The notes: generated from the sequence alone by a model not told the origin. 64,000 nt of DNA from the human T2T-CHM13v2.0 reference genome, Homo sapiens (GCF_009914755.1 NC_060930.1); one strand, 5' to 3'. Counted from the first letter of the stretch, positions 12,566-26,485 are shown. Translations and numbers: made by a program.

Positions 12566-15500
12566 ATGACAGGATTAAATTCACATATAATAATATTAAC
12601 CTTAAATGTAAATGGGCTAAATGCCCCAATTAAAAAACACAGACTGACAAATTGGATAAAGAGTCAAGACTCATCAATGTGCTGTATTCAGGAGACCCAT
12701 CTCATGTGCAAAGACACATATAGGCTCAAAATAAAGGGATGGAGGAAAATTTACCAAGCAAATGGAAAGCAAAAAAAAAAAAGCAGGAGTTGTAATCCTA
12801 ATCTCTGATAAAACAGACTTGAAACCAACAAAGATCAAAAGGGACAAACAAGGGTACAATATAATGGTAAAGGGATCAATGCAGCAAGAAGAGCTAACTA
12901 TCCTAAATATATATGCACCCAATACAGGAGCACCCAGATTCATAAAGCAAGTTCTCAGAGACCTACAAAGAGACTTAGACTCCCACACAATAATAGTGGG
13001 AGACTTTAACACCCCACAGTCAATATTAGGCAGATCAATGAGACAGAAAATTAACAAGGATATTCAGGACTTGAACTAAGCTCTGGACCAAGCAGACCTA
13101 ATAGACATCTACAGAACTCTTCACCCCAAGTCAACAGAATATACATTCTTCTCAGCACCTCATCGCACTTATTCTAAAATTGACCACATAATTGGAAATA
13201 AAAAACTCCTTAGCAAATGCAAAAGAATGGAAATTATAACAAACAGTCCCTCAGACCACAGTGCAATCAAATTAGAACTCAGGATTAAGAAACTCACTCA
13301 AAACTGCACAACTGCATGGAAACTGAACAACCTGCTCCTGAATGACTACTGGGTAAATAACAAAATGAAGGTGAAATAAAGATTCTTTGAAACCAATGAG
13401 AACAAAGACACAACATACCAGAATCTCTGGGATACATTTAAAGCAGTGTGTAGAGGGAAATTTATAGCACTAAATGCCCATAAGGGAAAGCAGGAAAGAT
13501 TTAAAATTGACACCCTAACATCACAATTAAAAGAACTACGGAAGCAACAGCATACAAATTTAAAATCTAACAGAAGAGAAGAAATAACTAAGATCAGAGC
13601 AGAACTGAAAGAGATAGAGACACAAAAAACCCTTCAAGAAATCAGTGAATTCAGAAGCTGTTTTTTTGAAAGGATCAACAAAGTAGAGAGACAACTAGCC
13701 AGACTAATAAAGAAGAAAAGAGAGAAGAATCAAATTGGTGCAATAAAAAATGATATAGGGGGATGTCACCACTGATCCCACAAAAATACAAAGTACCATC
13801 AGAGAATACTATAAACACCTCTACACAAATAAACTAGAAAATCTAGAAGAAATGAATAAATTCCTGGACACATACACCCTCCCAAGTCTAAACCAGGAAG
13901 AAGTCAAATCCCTGCATAAATCAATAACAAGTTCTGAAATTGAGGCAATAATTAATAGCCTACCACCCAAAAAAAGCCCAGGACTAGACGGATTCACAAT
14001 CAAATTCTACCAAAGGTACAAAGAAGAGCTGGTACCATTCATTCCTTCTGAAACTATTCCATCAACAGAAAAAGAAGGAATCCTCCCTAACTCATTTTAT
14101 GAGGCCAGCATCGTCCTGTTACCAAAACCTGGCAGAGTCACAACAAAAAAAGAAAACTTCCGGCCAGTATCTCTGATGAACATCGATGTGAAAATTCTCA
14201 ATAAAATACTGGCAAACCAAATCCAGCAGCACATCAAAAAGCTTATCCACCACGATCCAGTTAGCTTCATACCTGGGATGCAAGGCTAGTTCAACATATG
14301 CAAATTGATAAACGTAATGCATCACATAAAGAGAACCAATGAAAAAAACCACATGATTATCTCAATAGATGCAGAAAAGGCCTTCGACAAAATTCAACAG
14401 CCCTTCATGCTAAAATCTCTCAATAAACTAGGTATTGATGGAACATATCTAAAAATGATAAGAGCTATTTATGACAAACCCACAGCCAATATCATACTGA
14501 ATGTGGAAAAACTGGAAGCATTCCCTTTGAAAACTGGCACAAGACAAGGATACCCTCTCTCACCACTCCTATTCAACATAGTATTGGAAGTTCTGGCCAG
14601 GGCAATCAGGCAAGAGAAAGAAATAAAGCGTATTCAAATAGGAAGAGAGGAAGTCAAATTGTCTCTGTTTGCAGATGACATGATTGTATATTTAGAAAAC
14701 CCCATCGTCTCAGCCCAAAATCTCCTTAAGATGATAAGCAACTTCAGGAAAGTCTCAGGGTACAAAATCAGTGTGCAAAAATCACAAGCCTTCCTATACA
14801 CCAACAACAGACAAAGAGAGCAAAATCATGAGTGAACTCCCATTCACAATTACTACCAGGAGAATAAAGTACCTAGGAATCCAACTTACAAGAGATGTGA
14901 AGGACTGCTTCAAGGAGAACTACAAACCACTGCTTGAGGAAATAAGAGAGGACACAAACAAATCGGAAAACATTCCATGCTCATGGATAGGAAGAATCAA
15001 TATCGTGAAAATGGCCACACTGCCCAAAGTAATTTATAGATTCAATGCTATCCCCATCAAGCTACCACTGACTTTCTTCACAGAATTGGAAAAAACTACC
15101 TTAAACTTCATATAGAGTCAAAAAAGAGCCCACATAGCCAAGACAATCCTAAGCCAAAAGAACAAAGCTGGATTCATCACGCTACCTGACTTCAAACTAT
15201 ACTACAAGGCCACAGTAATCAAAACGGCATGGTGCTGGTACCAAAACAGATATATAGACCAATGGAACAGAACAGGGTCCTCAGAAATAGCACCACACAT
15301 CTACAACCATCTGGTCTTTGACAAAACTGACACAAACAAGCAATGGTAAAAAGATTCCCTGTTTAATAAATGGTGTTGGTGAAGCTGGCTAGCCATATGC
15401 AGAAAAGTGAAACTGGACCCCTTCCTTATACCTTATACAAAAATCAACTCGAGGTGGATCAAAGACTTAAATGTAAGACCTAGGACCATAAAAATCCTAG

Positions 15501-16392
15501 CAGAAAACCTGGACAATGCCATTCAGGACATAGGCGTGGGCAAAGACTTCATGTCTAAAGCACCAAAAGCAATGGCAACAAAAGTCAAAATTGACAAATG
15601 GCATCTTATTAAACTAAAGAGCTTCTGCACAGCAAAAGAAACTATCATCAGAGTGAACAGGCAACCTACAGAATGGGAGAATATTTTTGCAATCTATTCA
15701 TCTGACAAATGGGCTAATATCCAGAATCTACAAAGAACTTAAACAAATCTATAAGAAAAAAACAACCCCATCAATAAGTGGGCAAAGGACATGAACAGAC
15801 ACTTCTCAAAAGAAGACATTTATGCAGCCAACAGATATATGAAAAAATGCTCATCATCACTGGCCATTAGAGAAATGCAAATCAAACCACAATGAGATGC
15901 CATGTCATGCCAGTTAGAATGGTGATCATTAAAAAGCCAGGAAACAACAGATGCTGGAGAGGATGTGGAGAAATAGGAACACTTCTACACTATTGGTGGG
16001 AGTGTAAATTAGTTCAACCATTGTGGAAGACAGTGTGGCAATTCCTCAAGGATCTAGAAGTAGAAATACCATTTGACCCAGCAATCCCATTTGTGGGTAT
16101 ATACCAGAAGGATTATAAATCATTCTACTATGAAGACACATGCACACGTATGTTTATTGCAGCACTATTCACAATAACAAAGACTTGGAACCAACCCAAA
16201 TGTCCATCAATAATAGACTGGATAAAGAAAATGTGGCAAATATACACCATGGAATACTATGCAGCCATAAAAAAGGATGAGTTCATGTCATTTGCAGGCA
16301 CATGGATGAAGCTGGAAACCATCATTCTCAGCAAACTATTGCAAGAACAGAGAACCAAACACTGCATGTTCTCATTCATAAGTGGGAGTTGA
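12566..16392 (+). pseudogene. L1 ORF2p remnant (EN-RT-C domain; multiple disruptions)
   Basis: MTGLNSHIIILTLNVNGLN (EN), [10 protein letters not shown] (RT), C-terminal [13 protein letters not shown]; split into many ORF pieces. Confidence 0.93.
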
Positions 16393-18573
16393 ATAATGAG
16401 AACACATTGATATAGGGAGGGGAACATCATACACTGGGGCCTGTCGTGTGGTGGGGGGCTAGGGGAGTGATAACATCAGGAGAAATACCTAATGTAGGTG
16501 ACGGGTTGATGGGTGCCACAAACCACCATGCCAGCAAACCACTGTGTAACAAAACTGCACGTTCTGCACATGTTTCCCAGAACTTAAAGTATAATTTAAA
16601 AAAAAAAGAAGCAAAAAAAAAAAAAAAAAAAAAAGAAGAAGGCTTGACCAACATGGCAATGTTGCTCATTGACAGACTGCTAGACAGCCCAGCAGGTAAC
16701 ACAAATGAAGATGTGCTTCTGGGGTCAAGGCGACTGGAAGAACATGAATTCAGAGGGGACCTTGCAAAAGTACCTAAATAACCAACCAGCCCAAAGTAAG
16801 GTCTTCTAGGTGCCCATAATGGACAACATCATGCTCAAACAATAGCTTGTTTACAGCAATCTATTCATACTCTCATCTGTTTTATCATTTTCAAAGACTA
16901 CTTTGGGGGATGAAGAATAAAAAAATTAGGTGGTATGATCAAAGCCTTTTTTTAAAAAAATAAATTTTATTGCATATTTAAGGTACACAACATGATATTA
17001 TGGGATACATATAGATATTAAAACAGTTACTATATTGAAGCAAATTAACATATCCATAAAAACACATATTTACTTTTTTTTTTTGCTTTTGTGGCAAGAG
17101 CAGCTAAAATCTACTCATTTAGCATGACTCCCATATGGTTCTTATCACCTATAGTCCTCATGTGGTATATTAGATATCTATACTTGTTTATCCTTCATAC
17201 TTGCTATTTGTATCCTCTGATCTACATTTCCTCTTCCCCTCACCTTTGGTAACTACTGTTTTGTTATCTATCTCTGTATATTTGTTTTTTTTAAAAAAAT
17301 TTGACATATAAGTGAGATCATGCAATATTTTTCTTTCTATATCTGACTTGTTTCACTTAGCAGAATTTCCTCCAGGCTCATCCACGCTGTGGTAAATGGC
17401 AAGATCTTGTTTCTTTTTAGGGTTGAATAATATTCCATTGCATATATGTGCCATAGTTTCTTTATCCACTCATTTGTAGATGGACACTTAAGTTTTTTCC
17501 GTATCTTGGCTATTGTGAATAATGCTACAATAAAAATGGGAGTGCAGATGTTTTTTACAAGGTTGTTATTTCATTTCCTTTGGGTGTATGCCAGAAGAGG
17601 AATTGTTGAGACATATGGTAGTTCCATTTTTAACTTTTTAGGAAATCTCCATACTGTTTTCCATAATGGCTCTACCAGTCTCCCTTTCCACCAACAGTGT
17701 ATAAGTACCTTTTCTCTATAACCTTGCCAACATTTGTTATCTTTTGACTTTTTGATAATTGCCATCCTAAGGGGTGTGAAGTGGTTTCTTACAGAGGTTT
17801 TGAGTTGCAATTTCCCTCATGATTAATAATGTTGAGCACCTTTCCATATACCCGTTGGCCATTTTTAAGTTTTTTAACAAGAAATGTTTATTCAGGTCTT
17901 GCCCATTTTTAATTGGGTATTTTTCCACTATTGTATTGTATGGATTCTTTATAAATTTTGGATACTAACTTCTTATCAGATATATGGTTTGCAAATATCT
18001 TTTTCCCAAACCATAGGCTGCATTTCATTTTGTTGATTGTTTCCTTTGCTACGCAGAAGCTTTTTAGTTTGATATAATCCCATCTATTTATTTTTGCTTT
18101 TTGGCCTAAGGTTTTGGGGTGATAGCCACAAAATCTTTGCCAAGACTGATGTTCAGATTTCTACCTATGTTCTCTTGTAGAAGTTTTATAGTTTCAGTTC
18201 TTTTATTTAGGTATATTATCTACTTTAAGTTGATTTTTATGTATGGTATAAGATAAGGGTTCAATTTCATTCTTTTGCAATGTGGAAATCCAGTTTTCCT
18301 AGCTCCACTTTCTGAAGAGACTATCCTTTCTGCATTGTGCTGTCTTGGCACCCTTGGCAAAAAATTAGTTGATCATATATGTTTGGATTTATTACTGGGC
18401 TCTCAATTTTGTTCCACTGGCCTATATGTCTGTTTTTAATGCCAGTACCATATTGTTTTGATTATTATAGCTTTGCAATATGATTTTAAATCAGAAAATT
18501 TGAGGCCTCCAACTTTATTTTTCTTTCTCAGATTTTTTGAGTGTGACTATTTGGGATCTTTATGTTTCCATAT

Positions 18574-18968
18574 TTTCTTAGTCTGTTTTGTATTGCTGTA
18601 ATAGAATACCTTAGACTGGGTAATTTATAGGGAACAAAAATTGATTTCTTACAGTTAGGGAGGCTGGGAAGCCCAAAGTCAAGAGGCCTCCATCTGACAA
18701 GGGACTTCTTGCTGTGTCATCCCATGGTGGAAGGTGGAAGAGCAAGAGAACACTTGTGAGAGAGAGCAAGAGGGGCCCAAACTCACACTTACAACAAAGC
18801 CACTCTAGAGATAACTAACTCACTCTCACAATAATAACATTAATCCATTCATGAGGGCAGAGTCCTTACACCAAATCACTTCTTATTAGGTCCAACTTCC
18901 TAACACTGTTGCATTGGGGATTAAATTTCCGACACATTAACTCCAGGGAACATATTCAAACCATAGCA
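18574..18968 (-). mobile_element. MSTC/MSTD-like solo LTR inside the L1MA
   Basis: tcttagtctgttttgtattgctg...catattcaaaccatagca; TSD catat/tatat. Confidence 0.85.
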
Positions 18969-19786
18969 TATATGAATTTTAGTTTTTTTCTATTTCTATG
19001 AAGAATGCCATTGGGATTTTAATACAGATTTCACTTAATCTGTATATTGCTTTGGGTAGTATGAACATTTAAAAAATACTAATTCTTCCAATCCATAATC
19101 ATTGATATCTTTTTGGATCTTCTTCAGTTTTTTTCATGAATATTTTATAGTTTTCAGTGTATAGATCTTTCACCTCTTTGGTTAAGTTTCTTCCTAGATA
19201 TTTAATTTTTTTGATGCTAACATAAAAGGGATTTTTTTTCCTTGATATCTTCTTCAGTTATGTCATTATTTGTGTATAAAAGCGCTATGGATCTTTGTAT
19301 GTTAATTTTGTACCCTAATACTTTACTGAATTCTTTAATTAGTTCATATAGGTTTTTTTTGTGGAATTTTTTTTAACGGATAGGATTATGTCACCTGTCA
19401 TTGAGATAATTTTGCTTCTTCCTTTCCAATTTGGATGCTTTTTCTTTTTCTTGTCTGATTTCTCTTGCTAATACTTCAAGTACTATGTTGAATAGAAGTG
19501 CCTTGTACTAAATCTTAGTGAAAAAGCTTTCTATTTTTTCCCATTGATTACAATGCGGGTTTTTCATAGATGGCCTTTATTATGTTCAGAATCTTTCTTT
19601 TTATACCTAAACTCTTGACAGTTTTTATCAAGAAAGAATTTGTGGACTTTGTTGAATGTTTCTTCCATGTTAATTGAGATGATCATGTAGATTTATCTTT
19701 CATTTGGTAAATGTGATGTATCACATTGGTTGATTTGCATATCTTAAACCAGACTCACATGCCAGAGATAAATCCCACTTGGCCAT

Positions 19787-20170
19787 TGATATGGTTTGGC
19801 TGTGTCCCCACCCAAAACCTCATCTTGAATTGTAACCCCATATTCCCAGTAATCCCCATGTGTCAATTGCAGGACCAGGTGGAGGTAATTGGATCATGGG
19901 GGTGGTTTCCCCCATGCTGTTCTTGTGATAGTGAGTGAGTCTTGGATGATCTGATGGTTTGATAAACATCTGGTATTTTCCTTGCTTGCACTCACTCTGT
20001 CCTGCCACCCAGTGGAGGAGGTGCCTGCTTCTCCTTTGCCTTCCACCATAATTGTAAGTTTCCTGAGGCCTCTGCAGGCATGCAGAACTGTGAGCCAATT
20101 AAACCTCTTTCCTTTATAAATTATCCAGTCTCAGGATTTCTTCACATCAGTGTGAGAATGAACTAATACA
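19787..20170 (+). mobile_element. THE1D-like solo LTR inside the L1MA
   Basis: TGATATGGTTTGGCTGTGTCCCCACCCAA...CTAATACA; perfect TSD GCCAT. Confidence 0.92.
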
Positions 20171-23100
20171 GCCATTATGTATAATCTTTTTGATGTGTTG
20201 TTGGATTCAGTTTGCCAATATTTTATTGAGAATTTCTGCATCAATGTTAATCAGAGAAATTGGCCTGTAGTTTTCTTTTCTGGTGAAATCTGTACCTGGC
20301 TTAAGTAGGAAGGTAATGCTGGCCTCATAAATTGTGTTTGGAAGTATTCCCTCTACTTCTATTTTTGGGAAGGACATTATTGGTATTAATTCTTCTGTGA
20401 ATGCTTGGTAGAATTTAGCTGTGAAGCCATTTGGTCTTAGGCTTCTCTTTAGTGGGAGGTATTTGATTACTTCTTCAATTTCCTTTACTTGTTATTAGTC
20501 TGTTTAGGCTTTCTTTTTCTTCTTGGTTCAATCTTGGTAGATCGTATTTTTCTGGGACTTTAACCAAGTCCTTTGGGTTAACCAAATTATTGGAATAAAA
20601 TTGTTCATAATAGTCACTATGATTCTTTTTATTTCTGAGGCATCTGCTGTAATTTATTTTCATTTTTGATTTTACTTGTTTGAGTATTCTTTCTTTTTTT
20701 CTTAAACTAGCTAAGAGTTTTTCCGTTTTATTTATTTTTTTCAAAAACTACTCAGTTTTATTTATTGTTTCTGTGATTTTTGTGTTCTCTGATTTATTTC
20801 TGTCCTGGTTTTTATTACTTCCTTATTTCTGCTAATTTTTGGTGTAGTTTTTTTTTTTTTTTAGTTCTTTGAGATGTAATATTAGACAAATGTGCTTGAA
20901 ATCTTTCTTCTTTTATATACAGGCATTTATTGTTATAAACTTACCTCTTAGAACTGCTTTTGCTGCATCCCGTAGATTTTGGTACACCGTGTTTCCATTA
21001 TTATTTGTATCAAACTATTTTAAATTTTCCCTTTGATCTCTTTGACCAATTGGTAGTTCTGACCATGTTATTTATTGTCCACATATTTGTAAATTTTCCC
21101 TGATTCTTCCTGTTATTGATTTCTAGTTTTATACCACTACAGTCCAAAATGACGCTAAGTATGATTTCAATCTTCTTAAATTTGTTGACTTTTTTTTTTG
21201 CTTACCATATAGTGTATCCTAGAGAATGTTTCATGTGGACTGGTGCAAAATGTGGATTCTGCTGCTGTTGGATGGCAAGTTTTGTATATGTCTGGTATGT
21301 CCATTTGGTCAAAAGTGCAACTTAATTCCAGTATTTTCTTATTAATTTTCTGTCTGGTTGGTCTACCCATTGTTAAAAGTGGGACACTGAAGTCCCCTAT
21401 TATTATTGCATTGCTAGTTATCTCTTTCTCCCTTCATGTTCATTAATATTTGCTTTGTGTATTTAGGTGCTCCAATGTTGAATGCATATAAATTTCCAAT
21501 GGTTCTCTTCTCCTGGTTGACTCCTTCATCATTTAATAATGACCTTGTTTGTCTCTTGTGACACTTTTTACTTGAAGTTTATTTTATCAGATATGAGTGT
21601 AGCCACTTCTGCTCTCTTCTGGTTATCATTTGCATGAAATGTCTTCTTCCACTCTTTTACTTTCAGTGTACGTGTTTCCTTAAAGCTTGAGTTTCCTCTT
21701 GTAAGTAGCATATAATTGGATCTTATTTTTATAAAATCTATGTAGCCAGTCTGAGTCTTTTGATTGGAGAATTTAGTTCATTTACATTCAAGGTTATTAC
21801 TGATAGGTAAGGAATTACTACCGCCATTTTGTTATTTTCTGTTTTTTTTAAAGCCCCTTTCTTTATTCCTTCCTTGTTTACCTTCGTGATTTGAATTTTT
21901 TTGGTAATGCTAAGCTTTGATTCCTTTCTCTTTACTTTTTGTATATTTGCTGTAGTGTTTTTCTGTTTTGTGGTTATCATGAGGCTTATCTAAAACACCT
22001 TATTTTTAAAATCTACTATTTTAAGCTGATGAAAACTTAACTTCTGTTGCATACAAAAACTGGAATTTTACCCTCTACCCCATTTATATTTTTGATGTCA
22101 TAATTTACATCTCTTTATATTCTGTAGTCTTTAACAACTTATTGTAGCTTTAGTTATTTGTGAACATTTTTATGTTGCATCTTTATACTAAAGATAAGTA
22201 TGATTTACACACCACACTTACAGAATTGGAGTTCTTCCACTAAGCCAAGATCTATTGCTCCAGGGCACATCTCAGCAGCTTAGGCCCATGAGGCTGGGAT
22301 GTAGCTGTGGTTCTGACCCTGGGGGGCAAGTTATACCACTGGCATGGCCCTGGGGAAGAAGGCATGCTCTGGAGGCTTAGGCCCCAAGAATCAGGGCATA
22401 GTTGCAATTTGGGACTCAGAACCAATAGGGCACTTTGGCAGCTTGGGACCCAAGGGATGAGGTACCACACAGAGTCACAGAATTGTGACTTTGGACCCTG
22501 AGATGGTGGGATATGGCAGTAGCCCAGGCTCTTTGAGGCCAGGGGCAGCAGCAGTAAGGACCCAGATGGCAAGATGCTGCTGTGGCTTTGTCCCAGAAGA
22601 TGGGTAGGAGTGTAATGATGATTCTACTGCCTGGAGATTGGGGTGCCTCAGTAGCTTGACCTGAGTCAGGGCTAGTTCAGTTCCAGGTAGGCAGAGAACT
22701 GTGGTGGCTTGGCCTGGAAGGCAAGGTGATCCAGCTCAGCCAAGGCTTTGATTCCCCAGGATGCAAGGCACTGTGTCTACTGAGCCCTAGAAATTTCAGC
22801 TACCAGGTTCAGTGGAGCCTCTGCATCCCTGATGGTAGAGTGCAGGATGAGCTGGGGTGCTGGGAGGTGCAACTGCTGTCTTGTGCAGAAGACCTGAGGT
22901 CCCTGGTGGATGGGCTACTACATCTGCTCTGGGGCCAGGGTCATGACTTTTCCCGTGTTCAGGAGGCCACAGGACTGGATGCTGCCTCAGCTGTAGCTCT
23001 AGGGGTGTGACTGCTCTGAGAGTTCAAAGTTCTGGATCCCTGGCTGTGGGGTATCACTTCAGTTTGTCCCTGAGGAGAGGGAATACCAGCAACTGAGACG

Positions 23101-24120
23101 GCAGGATGAAACGGCTTTGTGGTAGCTTGGTCCTGGGGGTTGGATGTAGCAGCAACTCTGCTCAGAGATACTGGGCTCCTGGGTAGATGTGGGACAGGGG
23201 TGGCTGAGCCTCTTGGGATGGAGGTATACAATGGCTACTCACCCTGGAGCAGAGCTCACTCTAACATTGCTTCTGTTCCACAGTGGTGCAGAGAAGTAGC
23301 AGTACAGGCTAGTGGAGGCATGCAGTATAGGCTCCTCTAAGGTTAGCTCAGCATATGGACTCCAGGGAACTGTCTCAGCTGGGCTCAGAACCTGTGAGGA
23401 CTGTAGGAGTCTCCAGTAGTGAAGACTGCAGGTAGCCGAGATGGTGATGGGGGTGCTGGGATCCTCTTGCTCACCTTTTCCCTGCAAGGAAAAGTCCCTC
23501 CTGGTTCCAAGCTGATCTCAACTGTGGGGATGGAGTGGTGGAGGCGAGGTATTTTCTTCCATTTTCTATGTGGCCATCTTGGGTTTCTGAGCTCTATAGG
23601 ATTCCTGCTGGATTTTTCCTATTCCCTAGTGCTCTCTTTTAGCTATTTTAGTCAAAATGTAGTTATTTATTCATTGTTTTGTTCTGTTTTGTGTGTGTGG
23701 AAGAGTGCTAGGAGCTTCTAGTTGGCCATCTTACTGATGTCCTAATTTGTATGTCCTAATTCCATAAAGACTCCAAAGTCTTTATGGAATTCTAAATTTT
23801 TATGAATCCAAAGACAGCATAAACATAAAACAGGTTTATTTCAACTATAGACACAAAGCAAACATTTTTGTTGTGCATTCCTTGACTAAGGCCTTTAACC
23901 ATAAGCTATGTAATACCAGACTAGATCACTATTGACCGTCCCTCACCTTCCTAAACTGTGCTTAGTGACAGCCGCTGACAAACCTGAGGAATAGGGAAGC
24001 CAACAATTACACAGTCCCAAACAAACATGGTATACAACCAAACCTCCACAATTTTACCATCTCTTTCTTCTTTTTCTATCTATCTGCCTGTCTCTGTCCC
24101 CTTCTCTTTCTCTGTTTTAT

Positions 24121-24121
<1 letters not shown>

Positions 24122-24164
<43 letters not shown>

Positions 24165-24168
24165 ACAC
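24122..24168. repeat. (CA)n microsatellite
   Basis: Direct inspection. Confidence 0.97.
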
Positions 24169-25484
24169 GCTTCCTTCTCCCTCCCGTCCTTTGCTGATGT
24201 GCCTGGGAGGGGGGCTGAATCAGGAGCAGGGGGGCTGGTCCCTGGCTTGGCTTTTTTTCTGGGTCACCTCTTGCTGACCCCCAGGTGCTCAGTTCTCTTC
24301 TCCGGTGCCTTGTTCAGCCCCCTTTGCTCTTGCTTCTTCATTTTTTTTCTGATGTGAAAACATCCTGGGAAATTTGCATATTTGGCTGTAGTCAGGAGGT
24401 CTTGGACAGGGTTTAGTGACTGTGTTGGAACCATTTGCTATTCTCTCACTAATCCCATAGACAGGAGATGGGGGAGTGAGGGTGGGTGGAATCTCACCAC
24501 TGCCCCCTGAGAGGGAGTAACTGAATCAATAGCACTGTAGCTGTTTCCATCTGTCAGGGTGACATGCCAACTGGCTAATGCTGAATTATTGATACTCCTT
24601 CCCAAAGTGAGTTAACCAAACAATTCAAAATCAGTGAAAAGGGGGTGGTCGATTGCAAATGAGGTTAAGTCCATTTTGTCACAAGGACAGGAAGCTGATG
24701 GCTGCCTCCAAGCCAAATCTGCTTGATTTATGTTATTGCTGAGAGGTCTTCAGTGCCACAAAGGGAAAGAACACAATAGAACAACAAAATTAGCCTTTTT
24801 ACAAAAGAGGATTCAGATCACTTTCCAAATGAGCCATATTTACTACTAGCTCCCCATCCCCCCAGCAGTAGAACTGGTATAGAAATAACCAGAAGGGAAG
24901 TTCTTTCATAGTTAAAAAAAAAAAAAAAAAAAAGCCAAGGTTTCCTTGAAAAACTGGATTCCTCCATGAATTTGACCCTCAATCTTGACTGAAAGGTGAT
25001 TACTGGAAACACAAAAGCTCACTGGCTAAATTCCTACTCTGATTTCTCTACCGGGTATTAGGATCCGTAGAGCAATTAATGAACCTGAGATATGACAACC
25101 CACTGATTTTACTGAGCAGTGTCTTGGGAGATCACAAAGCATTCTCTTATGTATTCAGTGTCATAAATTCTACCCTTTAGGGAGCACATTAATTGTTATG
25201 CACTGAGTAAACAGCTGCTTTATATTGTTTACAGAGGTGCCAGGAGGTGCTTGCCCTGAAATTGTGTATGCCCCAGGCTGCCAGGTGTAATAAATAAATG
25301 GGCAAGTTGTGAATTTCCATTCATTTAGATGGACTTTTTATTAAAGTGCCTGCCAAGACACATGCACAGACCAGAATGTTTAAAGAATTAACGTTCATAG
25401 ATTTTAAACATTCCACAGCATTTCACCTGTCTACAGTTTTCAATCTTTCTCAAAGCCTAGTGAACTGTTACAAACACAGGTCTG

Positions 25485-25503
25485 TAGCACCATCTAGTGG
25501 ACA
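25485..25503 (-). promoter_or_regulatory. CTCF binding motif
   Basis: Minus strand TGTCCACTAGATGGTGCTA closely matches the CTCF core TGGCCACCAGGGGGCGCTA, in non-repeat sequence. Confidence 0.65.
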
Positions 25504-26109
25504 GGAAGCAGGGGTAGTGCACAGATAACTGGCTATAAAATTTGAAAGCCAAATTTCGGGTATGGCCCAACCTTCTTGTTCATCGTAGGGTATCCCAGTC
25601 ATATTCTGAGCAGAATGAAACATGAATTGGATGGCAGGAATGGGTGCTACAGTTTGGCTGAGGCATCCATTATTTGGGGAGGAAGCGGGGGTGGAGGCTG
25701 CAACCAGATGGAGCAGTGCATTGATCTGTGCATTTTGATCAGTGGAGAAATCAGTTATTAATCAACAAAGAACTATTGATTTCCCAGCACAGCTGCAGCC
25801 AGACAACAGCGTATCAGCTGTTACTATTAACAACCAGTGTTTTGGGAAGTTAACCACTAGCAACTCTGCCCTTGGCTTCAGTAAACAGATCATTAAATGA
25901 TGGGAAGAACCTGAACTCTCCAGAGGGACAGCTAGAGGAGACTGAGGAATTTTAAACAAAACATGAAACTAATTTGCATTTTGTAGTTCAAAATGGAGCT
26001 AGTCATTAGCTCCTTTTAGACAAAAATAATGTGAAAACTGTATATTTATACTGTGTGCATTTTTTGGCTTAACTAAAAATTCAGTTATTAGGACCAATAA
26101 AAAAATCAA

Positions 26110-26190
26110 TAATCAACAAATATTATCAACAGCCTACCTCGTACCAGGCACTCCTCTAGGGGAAACAGACATTAAATCCCTGCCTTTGTA
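26110..26190 (-). mobile_element. L2 3' end fragment
   Basis: tcaacaaatattatcaacagcctac...ccaggcact...aaatccctgcct. Confidence 0.5.
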
Positions 26191-26444
26191 TTAATATTTA
26201 ATAGTTGGCATCATGTGACATAGACATTATGGTGCTGCCACAAAGTGGAACCAAAGTTTCTCTAATTTTGTATAAACACACTTTAGAGTTACACTAAAAT
26301 ACCATTATGGCACGAGATATATTTCTCAAAAGAGAAACAATAACCAAATATATTCAGTTTAGCCATTAACATTTTTCTCTTATTTCACTTTAATGGGATT
26401 ATCCTTATTGATAATGCTAAATATTTACTTGGGCCTTCAACAAG

Positions 26445-26446
<2 letters not shown>

Positions 26447-26482
<36 letters not shown>
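26447..26482. repeat. (GT)n microsatellite
   Basis: Direct inspection. Confidence 0.97.

Positions 26483-26485
<3 letters not shown>

Larger units (their letters stand above)
10144..16638 (+). mobile_element. Full-length LINE-1, L1PA7-like (~6.5 kb), inactive
   Basis: 5' CTGGCAAGATGGCC (YY1 site) start, ~1.3-kb 5'UTR, ORF1/ORF2 remnants, L1PA7-type 3'UTR, poly(A), TSD core AAGGCTTG (10136-10143, 16639-16646). Confidence 0.95.
16950..23737 (-). mobile_element. Old LINE-1 (L1MA9-like 3' end with L1M 5'UTR), ORF1 apparently deleted, interrupted by two MaLR LTRs
   Basis: Reverse L1MA 3'UTR at 16950, reverse ORF2 to ~21800, GC-rich 5'UTR ~22240-23737 ending in gttggccatctt (AAGATGGCC reversed); candidate TSD CAAAG(C/T)CTTT at 16940-16949 and 23774-23783. 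Confidence 0.8.

Noticed and set aside
11268-16781. Many ORFs with endonuclease/RT-like peptides
   Set aside because: Fragments of disrupted L1 ORF1/ORF2 or their antisense frames; not an active element or a host gene
22252-23721. GC-rich ORF cluster resembling a gene or CpG island
   Set aside because: CpG-poor and terminates in the L1 AAGATGGCC start; interpreted as an old L1 5'UTR
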